A DNA stretch of 64,000 bases from positions 1,656-65,655 of IMG/VR virus record IMGVR_UViG_3300030617_000007. One strand, given 5' to 3'. Position 1 is the first letter of the stretch. Each line of letters begins with the position of its first letter. Below the pieces are notes generated by a model, which was given only the letters and a program-made list of their open reading frames with translations, was not told where the DNA came from and did no database searches. Source of the stretch: a virus. Both the position numbers and the translations under genes were made by a program. This document shows positions 37,743 through 47,892 of the stretch, piece after piece.

Positions 37743-38060
37743 TTAGTCGGCAATGCGCTCAGCTACCGGGCTCGTGTGGCTCTCGTGCTCTCGCTGAAAC
37801 TTCAGTGCAGCGATGCTACGCTCGATTATGATTGTATAATCCTCTGGGCCGATGGGTGGTTGAAACCCGCCACGCTCCCAGAGTTCCCTCAGTGCTTCTT
37901 GCGCTTGCACATCTACTTCGCAAAGGGCGGTAAACAACTCGTCAGCTTTCGCTCCGAGACGTTCCGACTTTCTGCGTAAACTTTTATTGACGGTTCGCAG
38001 GACTCTGTTATGGTGCCGGGTCGCAGTGCGAAGGTCTTCTGAACAATTTTCACATGCCAT
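37743..38060 (-). CDS. Hypothetical protein
   Basis: SD GAGGAG. Confidence 0.5.
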   Translation of the reverse strand: MACENCSEDLRTATRHHNRVLRTVNKSLRRKSERLGAKADELFTALCEVDVQAQEALRELWERGGFQPPIGPEDYTIIIERSIAALKFQREHESHTSPVAERIAD

Positions 38061-38114
38061 AGTTGGCGGCTCCTCTTCCGCCTTTCTGGTTTGTCTTGTT
38101 GCTTACTTACTTAC

Positions 38115-39065
38115 TTACTTGACCACCGTGACGTTTACTTCTGCATAGACCTTATTGACCGGCAAGCCGTTCATAGGGTTTCCAGAAGAAACAATCGCAG
38201 GGATCGCGTTGTTGGCAAACGGATACGATACTTCAACCACACTTCCGCCAGTCACACCATTGGTAGTGATAAGGCCGGATGCGGATACGTTCAGTACCTT
38301 TACGCCGGTAGCGCCTACGGCAACGGGACTGGTCCCGCCGACATAAGACTGCGTACCGTCCACGAAGTAGGTAAGAGCATTGGTGCCACTCTCTTCTACA
38401 GTCGCAGTCGCCGCATGAGTCTCTGCTACAGCCGCCGAGTTGTCGACAGTAATCGTAGTCGCACCAGAGTTGGCTACGATCAGGAAGCTGCCGTTGTTCA
38501 CGGTGTTAGTAACAAAGCCTGCAATCTCGACAGTCAGTCCGACGAGCGAACCTGTGGTGGCACTTGTGAAGGTACCGGTGTAGACTGCAACGTTAGGGGT
38601 ACTGGTAGCGGTTCCCGCGTGTGTGTCAGCGACACCCAACGCATTGCTAAGCGTAATGGTGGTCGTGGTGTTGGCAGTGCATTCAAACGTGCCGTTGTTC
38701 GGCGCAAGGTCGAAGCCGGTGACGATGAATGTCTGTCCGACAAGACTACCAGCAGCCGGAGCGCTAGAGGTCGTGTAGACAGTGGAACCACCAGAAGCGG
38801 CAGCGGCGGCAGACAGGGTCTCGGTGAACTGAGCGGCTGCACTGGCGACGGAGGTCACAACGTATGCGGTACCTGGGGTGATGACGTTCCCGCCTGCATC
38901 CTCAAGGACTGGATCAAGCTGGAATGATTCTGGGAAGCCGGTGCCCGACAGGGACAACGTTACATCGTTGTACCCAGGGGTAGTGCTCAGAGGGGTTTCA
39001 TTTCCCTGAACCTTGATCGCTGCGGCTACGCCAAGACCAGTAGTAGGGGCTGGATAAAGAGCCAT
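38115..39065 (-). CDS. Capsid decoration/Ig-like structural protein
   Basis: Directly after the MCP; T/A/G-rich with an internal repeat (NNGTF/NNGSF...ADTHAGTAT/AETHAATAT). Confidence 0.55.
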   Translation of the reverse strand: MALYPAPTTGLGVAAAIKVQGNETPLSTTPGYNDVTLSLSGTGFPESFQLDPVLEDAGGNVITPGTAYVVTSVASAAAQFTETLSAAAAASGGSTVYTTSSAPAAGSLVGQTFIVTGFDLAPNNGTFECTANTTTTITLSNALGVADTHAGTATSTPNVAVYTGTFTSATTGSLVGLTVEIAGFVTNTVNNGSFLIVANSGATTITVDNSAAVAETHAATATVEESGTNALTYFVDGTQSYVGGTSPVAVGATGVKVLNVSASGLITTNGVTGGSVVEVSYPFANNAIPAIVSSGNPMNGLPVNKVYAEVNVTVVK

Positions 39066-39103
39066 ATTTCTTATTCCTTTCGAGGTCTTACAGTAAAAGA
39101 ATC

Positions 39104-39128
39104 GGCCCTCTGTTTTTACGAGAGGGCC
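39104..39128 (-). terminator. Terminator after major capsid gene
   Basis: GGCCCTCT/AGAGGGCC stem followed by TTCTTTT on the minus strand. Confidence 0.65.
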
Positions 39129-39143
39129 AGAGTCTTAGCTGAT

Positions 39144-40175
39144 TTACGAAATCGCCGATGCAGCATCTATTTCGCGGATGCGGATCGTGGTGTCGGGACC
39201 GAGGCTGGTAGTGAAGTGAACCTTGTAACTGGTCCATCCAGGGATCAAACCTTCGGGGTCGGCAACGCTGTTAGGCGCATTCTGCGTGATGTTCGGCTTG
39301 ATGTTGTTCCACTCGCCGTCACCGTACTCCGTGTCGCCCTGTGCTCCGAGCTTGATGGAGTAGATACCGTCACGACCGAAGATGTAAGTGCGAAGGGCGG
39401 TGAGGCCGGTGATCGCCTTATAGTTCGGAGTGGCAGTAACCTGATTCGACTGGAAGAAGCGGACGCCCGAGGACGGCAGCTCGATCATTTCGGTCAGGTC
39501 GGTGCTGATGAGGTCTTCCATGCGCATGAGGCCGACCGGAGTGTGCTTCAGGATGTCGATGGGGCTGTTGTTGCTGACATCAGAGAGCACGTCGCCGAGA
39601 GCGAACGGATGGATGACTCCACAGAAGCTCTTGGAAGCTTCGTCAAACGGACGGACGGAGCGACCTGCGAGGCCCTGCACGGCGTTACGAATCTGGTTCA
39701 AGCTGAGAGTCGTAAAGCTGGTGGTGCTGGTCGCGGCAAGCTGCACAAGGACGCTAGAATCAACTGCGGTAGCGCCGTCTGCGGTTGCGCGAACGAGACC
39801 AGAGAGGGATTCGCCGAGGCGATATGCCATCTCACGAGCAACGTTCTCAATCGTGTTGTCAATCGCGGTGGCGAGAGACAGCGAGGAGAAGTTGGCGAAG
39901 TCGGCGTACTCGCCGATGGTCGCGGTGGTATTCAGTACGGAAACAGTGATCGAGTTGCCGACAGTACCTTCCGTGGTCTGCGCAGTGTTCGCAGCCAGGG
40001 GCACGTACATAAACATCTCGTATTGATTACCACTTTTGGTGGGTAGGTCGAGTCGTTCGGAGCAAGCTACGAAAGGCGTCTGAGCCTTAAGATTTTCTCG
40101 GAACTTTTTATCATAGAACTTTACAGTGGACTGAGGCAGATTACTCTGGCCATTTGCTGCTGGGTTATAAGCCAT
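39144..40175 (-). CDS. Major capsid protein (N4-gp56-like family)
   Basis: 343 aa; FYDKKFRENLK, TTATIGEYADF, GVIHPF, GVRFFQS, DPEGLIPGWTSYKV; follows the scaffold gene. Confidence 0.85.
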   Translation of the reverse strand: MAYNPAANGQSNLPQSTVKFYDKKFRENLKAQTPFVACSERLDLPTKSGNQYEMFMYVPLAANTAQTTEGTVGNSITVSVLNTTATIGEYADFANFSSLSLATAIDNTIENVAREMAYRLGESLSGLVRATADGATAVDSSVLVQLAATSTTSFTTLSLNQIRNAVQGLAGRSVRPFDEASKSFCGVIHPFALGDVLSDVSNNSPIDILKHTPVGLMRMEDLISTDLTEMIELPSSGVRFFQSNQVTATPNYKAITGLTALRTYIFGRDGIYSIKLGAQGDTEYGDGEWNNIKPNITQNAPNSVADPEGLIPGWTSYKVHFTTSLGPDTTIRIREIDAASAIS

Positions 40176-40465
40176 TATTGATACCTTTGAAACAACAACA
40201 ATCTTGTCTTTTCATCTCCTCCCAGAGATAAAGCTGCTCGATTGTCGCCCAATGTGTTGTCATCTCATAGCTGTGTAATCCGACACAGTGTCAGCGATGG
40301 CCGTCCCAGGACTCGGGACCGCATTTGCCTCAGCACATAACTTTGGGAATGTGGAATCGTAATCCGACGACCCATTCATTCAAAACTTTCAAATATTGCA
40401 AAATTCAGGGGCCAACTTCTACGGTGCGGCCCACTACCGCTCGGGGCATTTATTCCCGAGGAGTC
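40176..40465 (-). promoter_or_regulatory. Structured 290-nt capsid-gene leader
   Basis: Multiple hairpins, two with the identical CGGATT loop. Confidence 0.55.
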
Positions 40466-41506
40466 TTACTGACCGTTACGTGCGGCGCGGCGTGCGGTGG
40501 CTTCGGCCTCAAGCTTCTCCAATTTCTTGTTGAAGGCTGGATCTTTAGCGCGGCGACGGAGTTCGTCTGACGGCATCATCTCAACGGCCTTTGTACCGGT
40601 GTAGATGGTTTTCTTTCCTGCTGCATCCACGACTTCGTAAACGATGTCGCTGCCCGGCGCGTTGCTGCGCGGGGCTTCTGCGGAACTGTTGCGGCTGTTC
40701 AGTCCTGTTGGGATGTGCGCCGGAGCGTACACTACAGGGGTTTCCTCTTTAGCTTCAAGAGGCGGCGTTGGTGGGTCAAGCACAACTTGTCCAGGCTCTA
40801 CTTCAGAGCTAGGAGTGGTCACGGACGGCGTACTGTATACGTCGTTCGATTCTACAAGAACTCCTGCGGCTTTCAATGTATCGAAGGCCTTGCGGAAGTT
40901 ATCTCTGACCGGTGCGAGGTCATATCGTACCATCCAGTTTGTCAGTGCCTCGAAGTTCTCGGGACACTTCACGTAGTCAGGAGTATCGGCTACGAAGGCC
41001 TCTGCTTCCCTCTGCGCCTTCATCTGAACGTTATCGGCCTGCAAACCCTGGATAGTGCTGACGAGCACGCTCGGCTTGACGCCAAACGTTGACTCCATCA
41101 AGAGGTCTCGCGCCTCTTCAAACTTTTCAGGGTCTTGCAAGTTACGGCTAATCTTAAAACGATCCTCATTAGAGAGCGTCCGAGGGGCAAATTCGAGTGG
41201 CGCAGCGTACCGTGTACCCTCTATGGGGGTCTCGTCGGTAATGCCGAGTCGATTCTTCTTCGTCTCCTGGCGGAGCTTTCTCAAGAGCAACGTTTGAGAT
41301 TCTGCAAACTTGGCGGGTAGCTCATCAGGTGTGGTATATTTGATGACCTGTACTCCGCCCATGGGACGGCCTTGTTCGTCCGTGGGCTGATATTCGTAAC
41401 GCAGCTCAGGGAGAACTACTGGCTCCGGTGTTACCGGTGTCTCGACAACCGGGGCGTTCTCACCGGGAGTCTCAATGTTTTCTACTGGGTCGAGTATTTC
41501 ACTCAT
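40466..41506 (-). CDS. Scaffolding protein (probable)
   Basis: Between portal and MCP; acidic/Pro-rich with basic C-terminal helix (ARRAARNGQ). Confidence 0.6.
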   Translation of the reverse strand: MSEILDPVENIETPGENAPVVETPVTPEPVVLPELRYEYQPTDEQGRPMGGVQVIKYTTPDELPAKFAESQTLLLRKLRQETKKNRLGITDETPIEGTRYAAPLEFAPRTLSNEDRFKISRNLQDPEKFEEARDLLMESTFGVKPSVLVSTIQGLQADNVQMKAQREAEAFVADTPDYVKCPENFEALTNWMVRYDLAPVRDNFRKAFDTLKAAGVLVESNDVYSTPSVTTPSSEVEPGQVVLDPPTPPLEAKEETPVVYAPAHIPTGLNSRNSSAEAPRSNAPGSDIVYEVVDAAGKKTIYTGTKAVEMMPSDELRRRAKDPAFNKKLEKLEAEATARRAARNGQ

Positions 41507-41926
41507 TTAGAATGGGCTCTCCTCGAAGCCAAATTCATGGTCGTTCTGAACATCGTCTTGCGTACTGGCCGGTGCGCCCATGTCTATCAGGTGCTCGGTC
41601 ATATCTACAGGCGTCGGGTCAGTTGCTGTGGACGCGTAGATTGAAATCTCATGATTCATTCGGTTTATCACGCCGTCGTAGAAGAGAGCTCCGGCCTTTA
41701 CCAACTTGTGTTTGTTCAGGACCATTGCGTCACTGTCACCAGGCTCATTGACGAAACTCATGATAAGTTTGTCGACTTCGCCGCGCATGATGCGGTTCAG
41801 GACTTTGAAACCTTCCGACGCGCTCAGGAGTACGAGCGCAGCTTGTTCTTGTGGGCTTATGATAACTTCTGGATCAAACTGATTATTGAACTCTTGCACT
41901 ATTCCCTCCCAGGACAGTGACGTCAA
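41507..41926 (-). CDS. Hypothetical protein between portal and scaffold
   Basis: Tiled ORF; likely GTG start after GGGAGGG. Confidence 0.55.
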   Translation of the reverse strand: MTSLSWEGIVQEFNNQFDPEVIISPQEQAALVLLSASEGFKVLNRIMRGEVDKLIMSFVNEPGDSDAMVLNKHKLVKAGALFYDGVINRMNHEISIYASTATDPTPVDMTEHLIDMGAPASTQDDVQNDHEFGFEESPF

Positions 41927-42153
41927 AGCGAGTGCCGTAAGTCTTTACGGTCTTTATAAGGGACTCCAACCCTAACTCTTCTCTGCGCTCTCATACTTGG
42001 ATCAGGGGGTCGTGTAGGGCGCATCGCCCTTCTCACCTTGCCGTATGCAAGGATGCTTTCCCTGATCGTCTTGAGCACAACTAAAAAACTATGGCCCAAA
42101 CCCAATCACCGAGGGTTTGACTTAGCCCTACTCGATGTAGGGAACCTAGTGTT

Positions 42154-44491
42154 TTACTGCACCTCTGGAGTCGAACCTTCAATACCCAAAGGGTTGGCTT
42201 GTCCTGAGACTGCCTCACTCTGGCCGTTGTCCTTGAATGCCTCGCGCACGATGTCGCGCTTGATACGTCCTTGGGTGGCTTGATCTTCGAGTTGCTGTTT
42301 CTGTTGAAACTTCTGTGTATTGCTCTGTTGTGTAACAGCGGCTTTCGATGCATTCTGAGCGGCGGCTGACTGAGCCTGACGACGTTGCTGCATCTCTGGT
42401 GTGAGAGGCTTGATGATGTCGTTGGAGTTCTTCCACTCCGAGGCTTCGAGCCACATTTCGACAATCGGCTTGAAGTCAATGTACTCTCCGTTGATATCGG
42501 CCAGTGAAGACTGAATCTGCGGATTCTCAAGGATCTGAGTGATGAGTGTAAGCGACTGTGCCATCGTGCGCTTCGCGGCCAATGATGACCCGGCGAGGAC
42601 TTCGTACGAAATACGGGCATCGTGGAACGCCTGCATGTCGACTGAAATTTCCTTACCAACCTCATCGCCGAGAATCGCCGTGATCTCAGAATCCGATAGG
42701 AAGTTGAGAATCAAGTCGTCCAAGATGTAGAGAAATGGTTTGAAGACTTGCTCGATGAAGTTGTCAAGAGGACCATCTAAGCGTGTCGCGCTAGCACCCG
42801 CGAGGGTAGCTGCGCCGCCTGCCGTACGGCCCATTGAACTACGAGGGCCTGCGGAAGAACCTTGCACGAGTGCTTGGTCTGCGCCGGATGTGCTCTCTGT
42901 TGCCGTGTTGCTCTCCGACAATGCCGTCCAAATATCTGCGGGAACCTTGGGGGTTTCCATCAGCTTGTAGGCTTTGTCGATATCCGTGTCGACGGTCAGG
43001 ATCTTACCCAGGCCGGTGCGGATCATCTGCGTCGGCGAGTTAGTGTCGCGCTTGCGCAGGTAAATAGGATTAACGCCAAAAGACAAAATCTTGAGTATGG
43101 CGTTGATTGTTCCTTGGTCGACGCGCTGATTCTGTCCTACTAGCAAACCGAGGCCCATACCATAGAAAGCCTTTGGGCGATTCATCCAGTTTGACGATAG
43201 GAACGGAATTTTCTTGAAACGATTAGCGCCAGCAAAGATCACATGCTTACGGTCAATGACCATAATCTTTCGGCCTTTGTCCCAGTACTCCAAGACTTCC
43301 ATCTTCTTGAACAACAGGTCGGGGGTTACCTCGATGTTGATCTCTTCCGAGTGGTGAACGATACCCTTCGCGTACTGCGCGGTATCACTCTCAATCGGGG
43401 CGGCTACGTTAGTGCTATAACCTTGCATCCACCAACTCTTGAGTTCTTCCTCGCTTAGAGGTAGTTCCCAACCGACGAGCTCGGGGTGGCCTTTCGGCAG
43501 CTCCGATAGAGCTTGACGGATGTTGTTGAGTGCGTAAAAGTCCATGTAGCGAACGTCGATCACGTAGTCAGCGGTGCGGATGTCTCCGACGCTCGTCTTA
43601 GGGTCGACCAGCACCGTGTTCAGCGGACGGCTCTCGAAGAACGGTCGCGGCACAGTGCGTACTTCTTTGGTTATGACTGGTAGTGTGTCCAGAGGGATCG
43701 TGATCTTCTCTGAGGTACTTGGATCGCTTCCGCTCGTGATGGTCGCGCTCGTAGCGGTACGCTTAGAGCTGACGATCTCCTTAAAGTCGATACCCCATTT
43801 CCATATGCCGGTGCCAAGCAGGGTCATCTGCTCTAAACCCCATTTGGTCTGGGTCTTGAACCCACACTCGTCAAGCAAGTAAGAGAACAGAGCAGTCTTT
43901 GCGTCTACGGTTTCTTGCGTGGTGCCTGGGCGCGGACGGAGGAGCATGGGCGGATCTTGGTAGAACAGACCCTTGTACAACTGAGGTACGATTGCGGAAC
44001 AAACTTTAGCTACGGTGAAGCGCTGCACGTTCGGTTCTAACACATCAATATGTTATCGGCTTGCGCCGAGATAGGGCATTTCTGCCTACCTCTGCATGTT
44101 TTTATTCCATGCAGGTCGGACTATCGCTTCACCCTAAAGGGTGTCGTCTCACTTAGTCTCTCACGCTGCTGAAGTTATCAGCTTGCGCCCTGTTAGCCAT
44201 TTCAGCTTCCAAGTCAATCAGAGTCGATTCGCACTCTCGAATTTCGGCGAGGTGCCCCATGTATGTCTAGGTATTTTCGTACACACTCATCGGTCGCGGC
44301 GACTGGAACAGAAGGTCGGCATCACGCCAGAGCAAATTCCATTGCTTATCATTCACGAACTGAATAGATCTTGTTGCAGCTCCGACGACTAAGTTCAACT
44401 CCGCATTGGAGGTCTTTAGGTCCGAACCTTTACCATAATCGCTAGGGTTTAGTGTCCCTGTGACTGGCCCTTCTGATGTTATCTCACCCAC
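42154..44491 (-). CDS. Portal protein, split by a group I intron (exon 1 44491-44269, exon 2 44045-42154; ~704 aa spliced)
   Basis: Position after terminase; spliced junction reads ...MSVYENT-Y-VLEPNVQRF...; portal-like motifs GTGIWKWG, FYGMGLG. Confidence 0.85.
44046..44268 (-). mobile_element. Group I intron, 223 nt, no ORF
   Basis: 5' exon ends in U (ACCT), intron ends in G; P7 elements GAGAGACTA and GCGATAGTCC; IGS TACATGGG can pair with CCT|ATGTG. Confidence 0.88.
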
Positions 44492-44541
44492 TCATAGCCT
44501 CCTGCCTTTTCTTGTAAGAGTTCAATTCACCCGCGTGCCTT

Positions 44542-44654
44542 CTGCACCACGTCTGGGCGTAGGAAAATGACGTGCCCGTCATGCCGCCATGAATTGCGGC
44601 GTCCGCTGGTTTGAACTCGAACTAACCAGTTTTTCCGCGAGTGAGTCAGTGCAG
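44542..44654 (-). promoter_or_regulatory. Multibranch structured element upstream of portal
   Basis: CTGCAC/GTGCAG and GGAAAA/TTTTCC stems enclosing three hairpins. Confidence 0.45.
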
Positions 44655-44655
44655 C

Positions 44656-44769
44656 TTATTTCTTTTTCTTGACATCTTTCTTCAAAACTTGTTTGAGAAG
44701 TTTGGCGTCGTTTTTGCCATCCTGTTTTGCGAAATCTTTCACTACCTTCTTAGCTAATGCCTTTGACAT
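44656..44769 (-). CDS. Small Lys-rich protein (37 aa)
   Basis: MSKALAKKVVKDFAKQDGKNDAKLLKQVLKKDVKKKK*; SD GGGAAG; not in ORF track. Confidence 0.5.
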   Translation of the reverse strand: MSKALAKKVVKDFAKQDGKNDAKLLKQVLKKDVKKKK

Positions 44770-44781
44770 ACTCTTCCCTTT

Positions 44782-46830
44782 TTAGCCGAATAGACCGGCG
44801 TCGGACAGTGGGTCTTTATCGCCACCGTCGTCGTCTCTGAACAACCGATTGTTCTGCACTTGGTAGGCAGTGGACGGGTTGTCGTCGTTTTGAATTGCGT
44901 TGGCATTCAGATGAGCGTACTTGCCAACTCCATAGATCATGTCGTGCATCGCTTTCGACTTAGCGTCGGCGGCAAAGCTCATGTCTGTGTTGTCGACGCG
45001 TTTTCCCATCTCTGCCCAACCCTCGAATACATCTACGAGGATGGAGAATGCAGATACGATGTCGTCGTGCTTATCTTCTGAGGTGCCGGTGAACTGTGTG
45101 AGCTCGTTCAGAATCTCATCGTATCCTTCGCAGGAGTTGAGGAGTTTCAAACGGTCGTCACCGAGCAGGCGGATGAAAGGCTTGGCCTTCATCTTCTTCG
45201 AGTTGGCTTTGCTTCCTAGTCCCAGGGAAACATATTCCACAGGAATGCTTATCTGAAGCTTGTCCATCTCGCGCTTGAGTTCGCGGCCCATCCACTTCAC
45301 GCCGACCGACTCCTCGATAGCGATTCGCTTAGGTTTCCACTTGGCAGCGGTGGCGGCGAGTACGGCAGGAAGCTCCACGTCGTTGAATCGTCCGCGTACC
45401 ATGTTCAGCACGTAGAAGCGTCCGCCATAGATCAGAGCGGTAACGGCAACCGTGTAGTCTGCCCAACTCTTCGTAGAGTACGCGGTGTCGACGGCCATCA
45501 CGACTACTCCCTGATGAGGGAGGTCATTGTGCTTGATCGTCGCGCCTACTAGTAGCTCACGAGGAATCTTTACCTTGTTGATCTTGCGCGGATTGTTGAG
45601 ATACTTGATTGCGAAGTTGCCTTTACCTGCGTCCTGCTTCTCATACTTCTTGAGAAGTTCATACGGTAGGCGTGAGGGGAACCAAAGCTCCAGGTCATCT
45701 TTCTTCGCGATGTCATCAGTCTTACCGGCCTTGATCGCCTCGGGCGTTAGCCACCAGCATGCACGCAGGTAAGTCTTTACCATGACGGCGCTCTCAAACC
45801 GGCCACTCTCGACAGAACCGTGAATGTTCCCTTGAAGGCCCATCTCTTCCGCGAAAGTTTCTTCCTGTTTGATAGTTATGCCGTAGAAGTCATACTCGTC
45901 GTACCACGTACCGATTACGTCAAAGAAACCGTAAGGGTGCATCATAGCTTTGTTGATGCTGATTTGGTCGTTGATCTTCGAGAGACGTTCTGGTGTCTGA
46001 CTGTTTTCGTTTGTTACCACGTCGTCAAGCTTCAGGATTCCGAAGTGCTGACCGACGAGGGACTGCTCGATAGACGCGGCTTCTACGGTCGACTCTTTGT
46101 CGTTACCGCCAGCAGGCGTCTGAAATTTGAATTGGCTCCCGTCGTTAGGCTGAATGCAGTGCTCTGGGAAGAGCGTCTGAAACAAACTGGGTGTCCACTC
46201 ATTAGTTTCTGCGTTAAGCATCATGCGAGGGACGAAGCCAGCTTTACCTGCTTTGCCGGGGGCGTTCACATCCTCTTCGAGAGTGAAGTGCTGCTTCAAC
46301 TCACCTACAAAGTCTCCGGCCAGTTTGTACACACCGGTTAGGATTAGGATGGTAACAGCGGGGAAACATATTACCCATTGCACACAATCTGCGATGTCGA
46401 TACTTGACTTGAATCCGCCGCGTGGTACGAGCAGCAATCGTTCCTTCAAATCAGTGTACTGGTTAGCAAACATCTCGAAAGTAGCAAAGGTCGGATTCTT
46501 CTGCGTGAAGAATTTGTTGCAAATGTCTTCGTGCGTTTTGATCGTGACTTGGTTGTATTTTTCCAAGACATGACAAAGGAAGTAAAGATTGGTTTGGCAA
46601 AGAAAACGGAGTTTTAAAAACTCAGTCTGATTCTCGGGGGTTACCGGCTCACCATTCTTCTCAAGCAAGTTCGTCCACGATTGCATTGCCTTCACCTGTT
46701 GTGCAGGAGGCAAACGCAGAAACGAGACCTGGGCCATTGCCAGAATCTCGTCTTGTGTTTTATCGCGGAATTGGTAGTTCGGATCTAGGTAAGACGACGC
46801 AGCAAGATCTCTGAGTTTAGCGAGATGCAT
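44782..46830 (-). CDS. terL: Terminase large subunit
   Basis: LLLVPRGGFKSS (Walker A), LKLDDVV (Walker B), IGTWY, AVDTAYS, HDDIVSA nuclease motifs. Confidence 0.9.
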   Translation of the reverse strand: MHLAKLRDLAASSYLDPNYQFRDKTQDEILAMAQVSFLRLPPAQQVKAMQSWTNLLEKNGEPVTPENQTEFLKLRFLCQTNLYFLCHVLEKYNQVTIKTHEDICNKFFTQKNPTFATFEMFANQYTDLKERLLLVPRGGFKSSIDIADCVQWVICFPAVTILILTGVYKLAGDFVGELKQHFTLEEDVNAPGKAGKAGFVPRMMLNAETNEWTPSLFQTLFPEHCIQPNDGSQFKFQTPAGGNDKESTVEAASIEQSLVGQHFGILKLDDVVTNENSQTPERLSKINDQISINKAMMHPYGFFDVIGTWYDEYDFYGITIKQEETFAEEMGLQGNIHGSVESGRFESAVMVKTYLRACWWLTPEAIKAGKTDDIAKKDDLELWFPSRLPYELLKKYEKQDAGKGNFAIKYLNNPRKINKVKIPRELLVGATIKHNDLPHQGVVVMAVDTAYSTKSWADYTVAVTALIYGGRFYVLNMVRGRFNDVELPAVLAATAAKWKPKRIAIEESVGVKWMGRELKREMDKLQISIPVEYVSLGLGSKANSKKMKAKPFIRLLGDDRLKLLNSCEGYDEILNELTQFTGTSEDKHDDIVSAFSILVDVFEGWAEMGKRVDNTDMSFAADAKSKAMHDMIYGVGKYAHLNANAIQNDDNPSTAYQVQNNRLFRDDDGGDKDPLSDAGLFG

Positions 46831-46850
46831 GCGGTCGGCCCTCCCAAGCC

Positions 46851-47048
46851 TTAGTGTTTCCAGCCTTCCATCGTAGAGGCAAACTCGGCCATCTTTTTAA
46901 GGTGGGGGTTGCTACTGTTTTTGGCTTTGGCTAACTTGTCGGCGGGAATTTTCTCGCCCTCTTTAACACCGAGCGCACGATGCAATCCACCTTTATTTAG
47001 GTGGATCAACGCGCGATGGTGACTTAAATGAATCGTATCTTCTGCCAT
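46851..47048 (-). CDS. Small hypothetical protein
   Basis: KGGLHRALGVKEGEKIP motif, SD GGGAGG. Confidence 0.55.
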   Translation of the reverse strand: MAEDTIHLSHHRALIHLNKGGLHRALGVKEGEKIPADKLAKAKNSSNPHLKKMAEFASTMEGWKH

Positions 47049-47050
47049 GA

Positions 47051-47389
47051 TTACATTCCAGGTGCGCCGGTCGGCGTCGGGCCAGAAGGCGCGGCGGCGG
47101 GTGCGGGGCTAGGGCTTGCGGTCATAGGTGCCGCTCCCTGCATTGTCGGATCAGCAGCTTCGCCAGGATTCGGCGTGCCTGCGTTTGCAGCCATGTGCGC
47201 CAGCATCTCATCATCGCCCTTGGTCGTATGCGTCTCGTCTGGGTGAGCTGAGTTGTGGTGGACATGTGTATGAATATGGCCGCCATTAGCGGACTTGCTG
47301 GTGATGATGTGCTTGATTTCTTTCTTCGGACCTTTATCGGAACCGCCCATTGACTTAGCGGCTGCGTCTGTCCACTTCTTATCTGCCAT
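47051..47389 (-). CDS. His/Pro-rich hypothetical protein
   Basis: Tiled ORF. Confidence 0.5.
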   Translation of the reverse strand: MADKKWTDAAAKSMGGSDKGPKKEIKHIITSKSANGGHIHTHVHHNSAHPDETHTTKGDDEMLAHMAANAGTPNPGEAADPTMQGAAPMTASPSPAPAAAPSGPTPTGAPGM

Positions 47390-47892
47390 TATGATGCCTT
47401 TCGTAGGTACTGATCGAACTCGCTCCAGTGGCTAGATGCGAAAGTTCGCATACCGATGCCAGGATCATACTGAGGGTAGAGCGTCTTGAATACGCGCTCT
47501 GAGTGATGAAAGTTACCTGCCAGTTCACCGATGCTTCGTAAGTAGAGCATGGCGGTCGTAGGACCGCGACTGTGGCCTTTATTGCACGCGATTAAGACCT
47601 TATCGCCTGCCGCCAACCTCGCGTCGATGTAATCGAGACCTTGTTTGACCATCTCTACAGGAATGAAGTGTGGGTCATGCGGATCAATAAAGTTCAACGC
47701 ACGCCGGTTCAACTGGTCGACCGACAAGTAACTCGGTCCTTTCGGAGCACCTTGAGTTTCGTACCCAAGAGTCTCACGATGTCCACCCGGCCCTTCCTTC
47801 GCGCACCTAAGCACGCTCCAGTCAGGTTTATCTTTTACTTTTTCGTAATCATGATCGTCACCCACCCAAAGGCGCGGTATGATGTTTTCCAT
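47389..47892 (-). CDS. Dual-specificity/Tyr protein phosphatase
   Basis: IIPRLWVGD, VLIACNKGHSRGPT (CX5R). Confidence 0.85.
   Translation of the reverse strand: MENIIPRLWVGDDHDYEKVKDKPDWSVLRCAKEGPGGHRETLGYETQGAPKGPSYLSVDQLNRRALNFIDPHDPHFIPVEMVKQGLDYIDARLAAGDKVLIACNKGHSRGPTTAMLYLRSIGELAGNFHHSERVFKTLYPQYDPGIGMRTFASSHWSEFDQYLRKAS

Noticed and set aside
42000-42067. Hammerhead ribozyme or c-di-GMP riboswitch
   Set aside because: The junction lacks the CUGANGA/GAAA hammerhead core and the GEMM consensus; kept only as an unassigned structure
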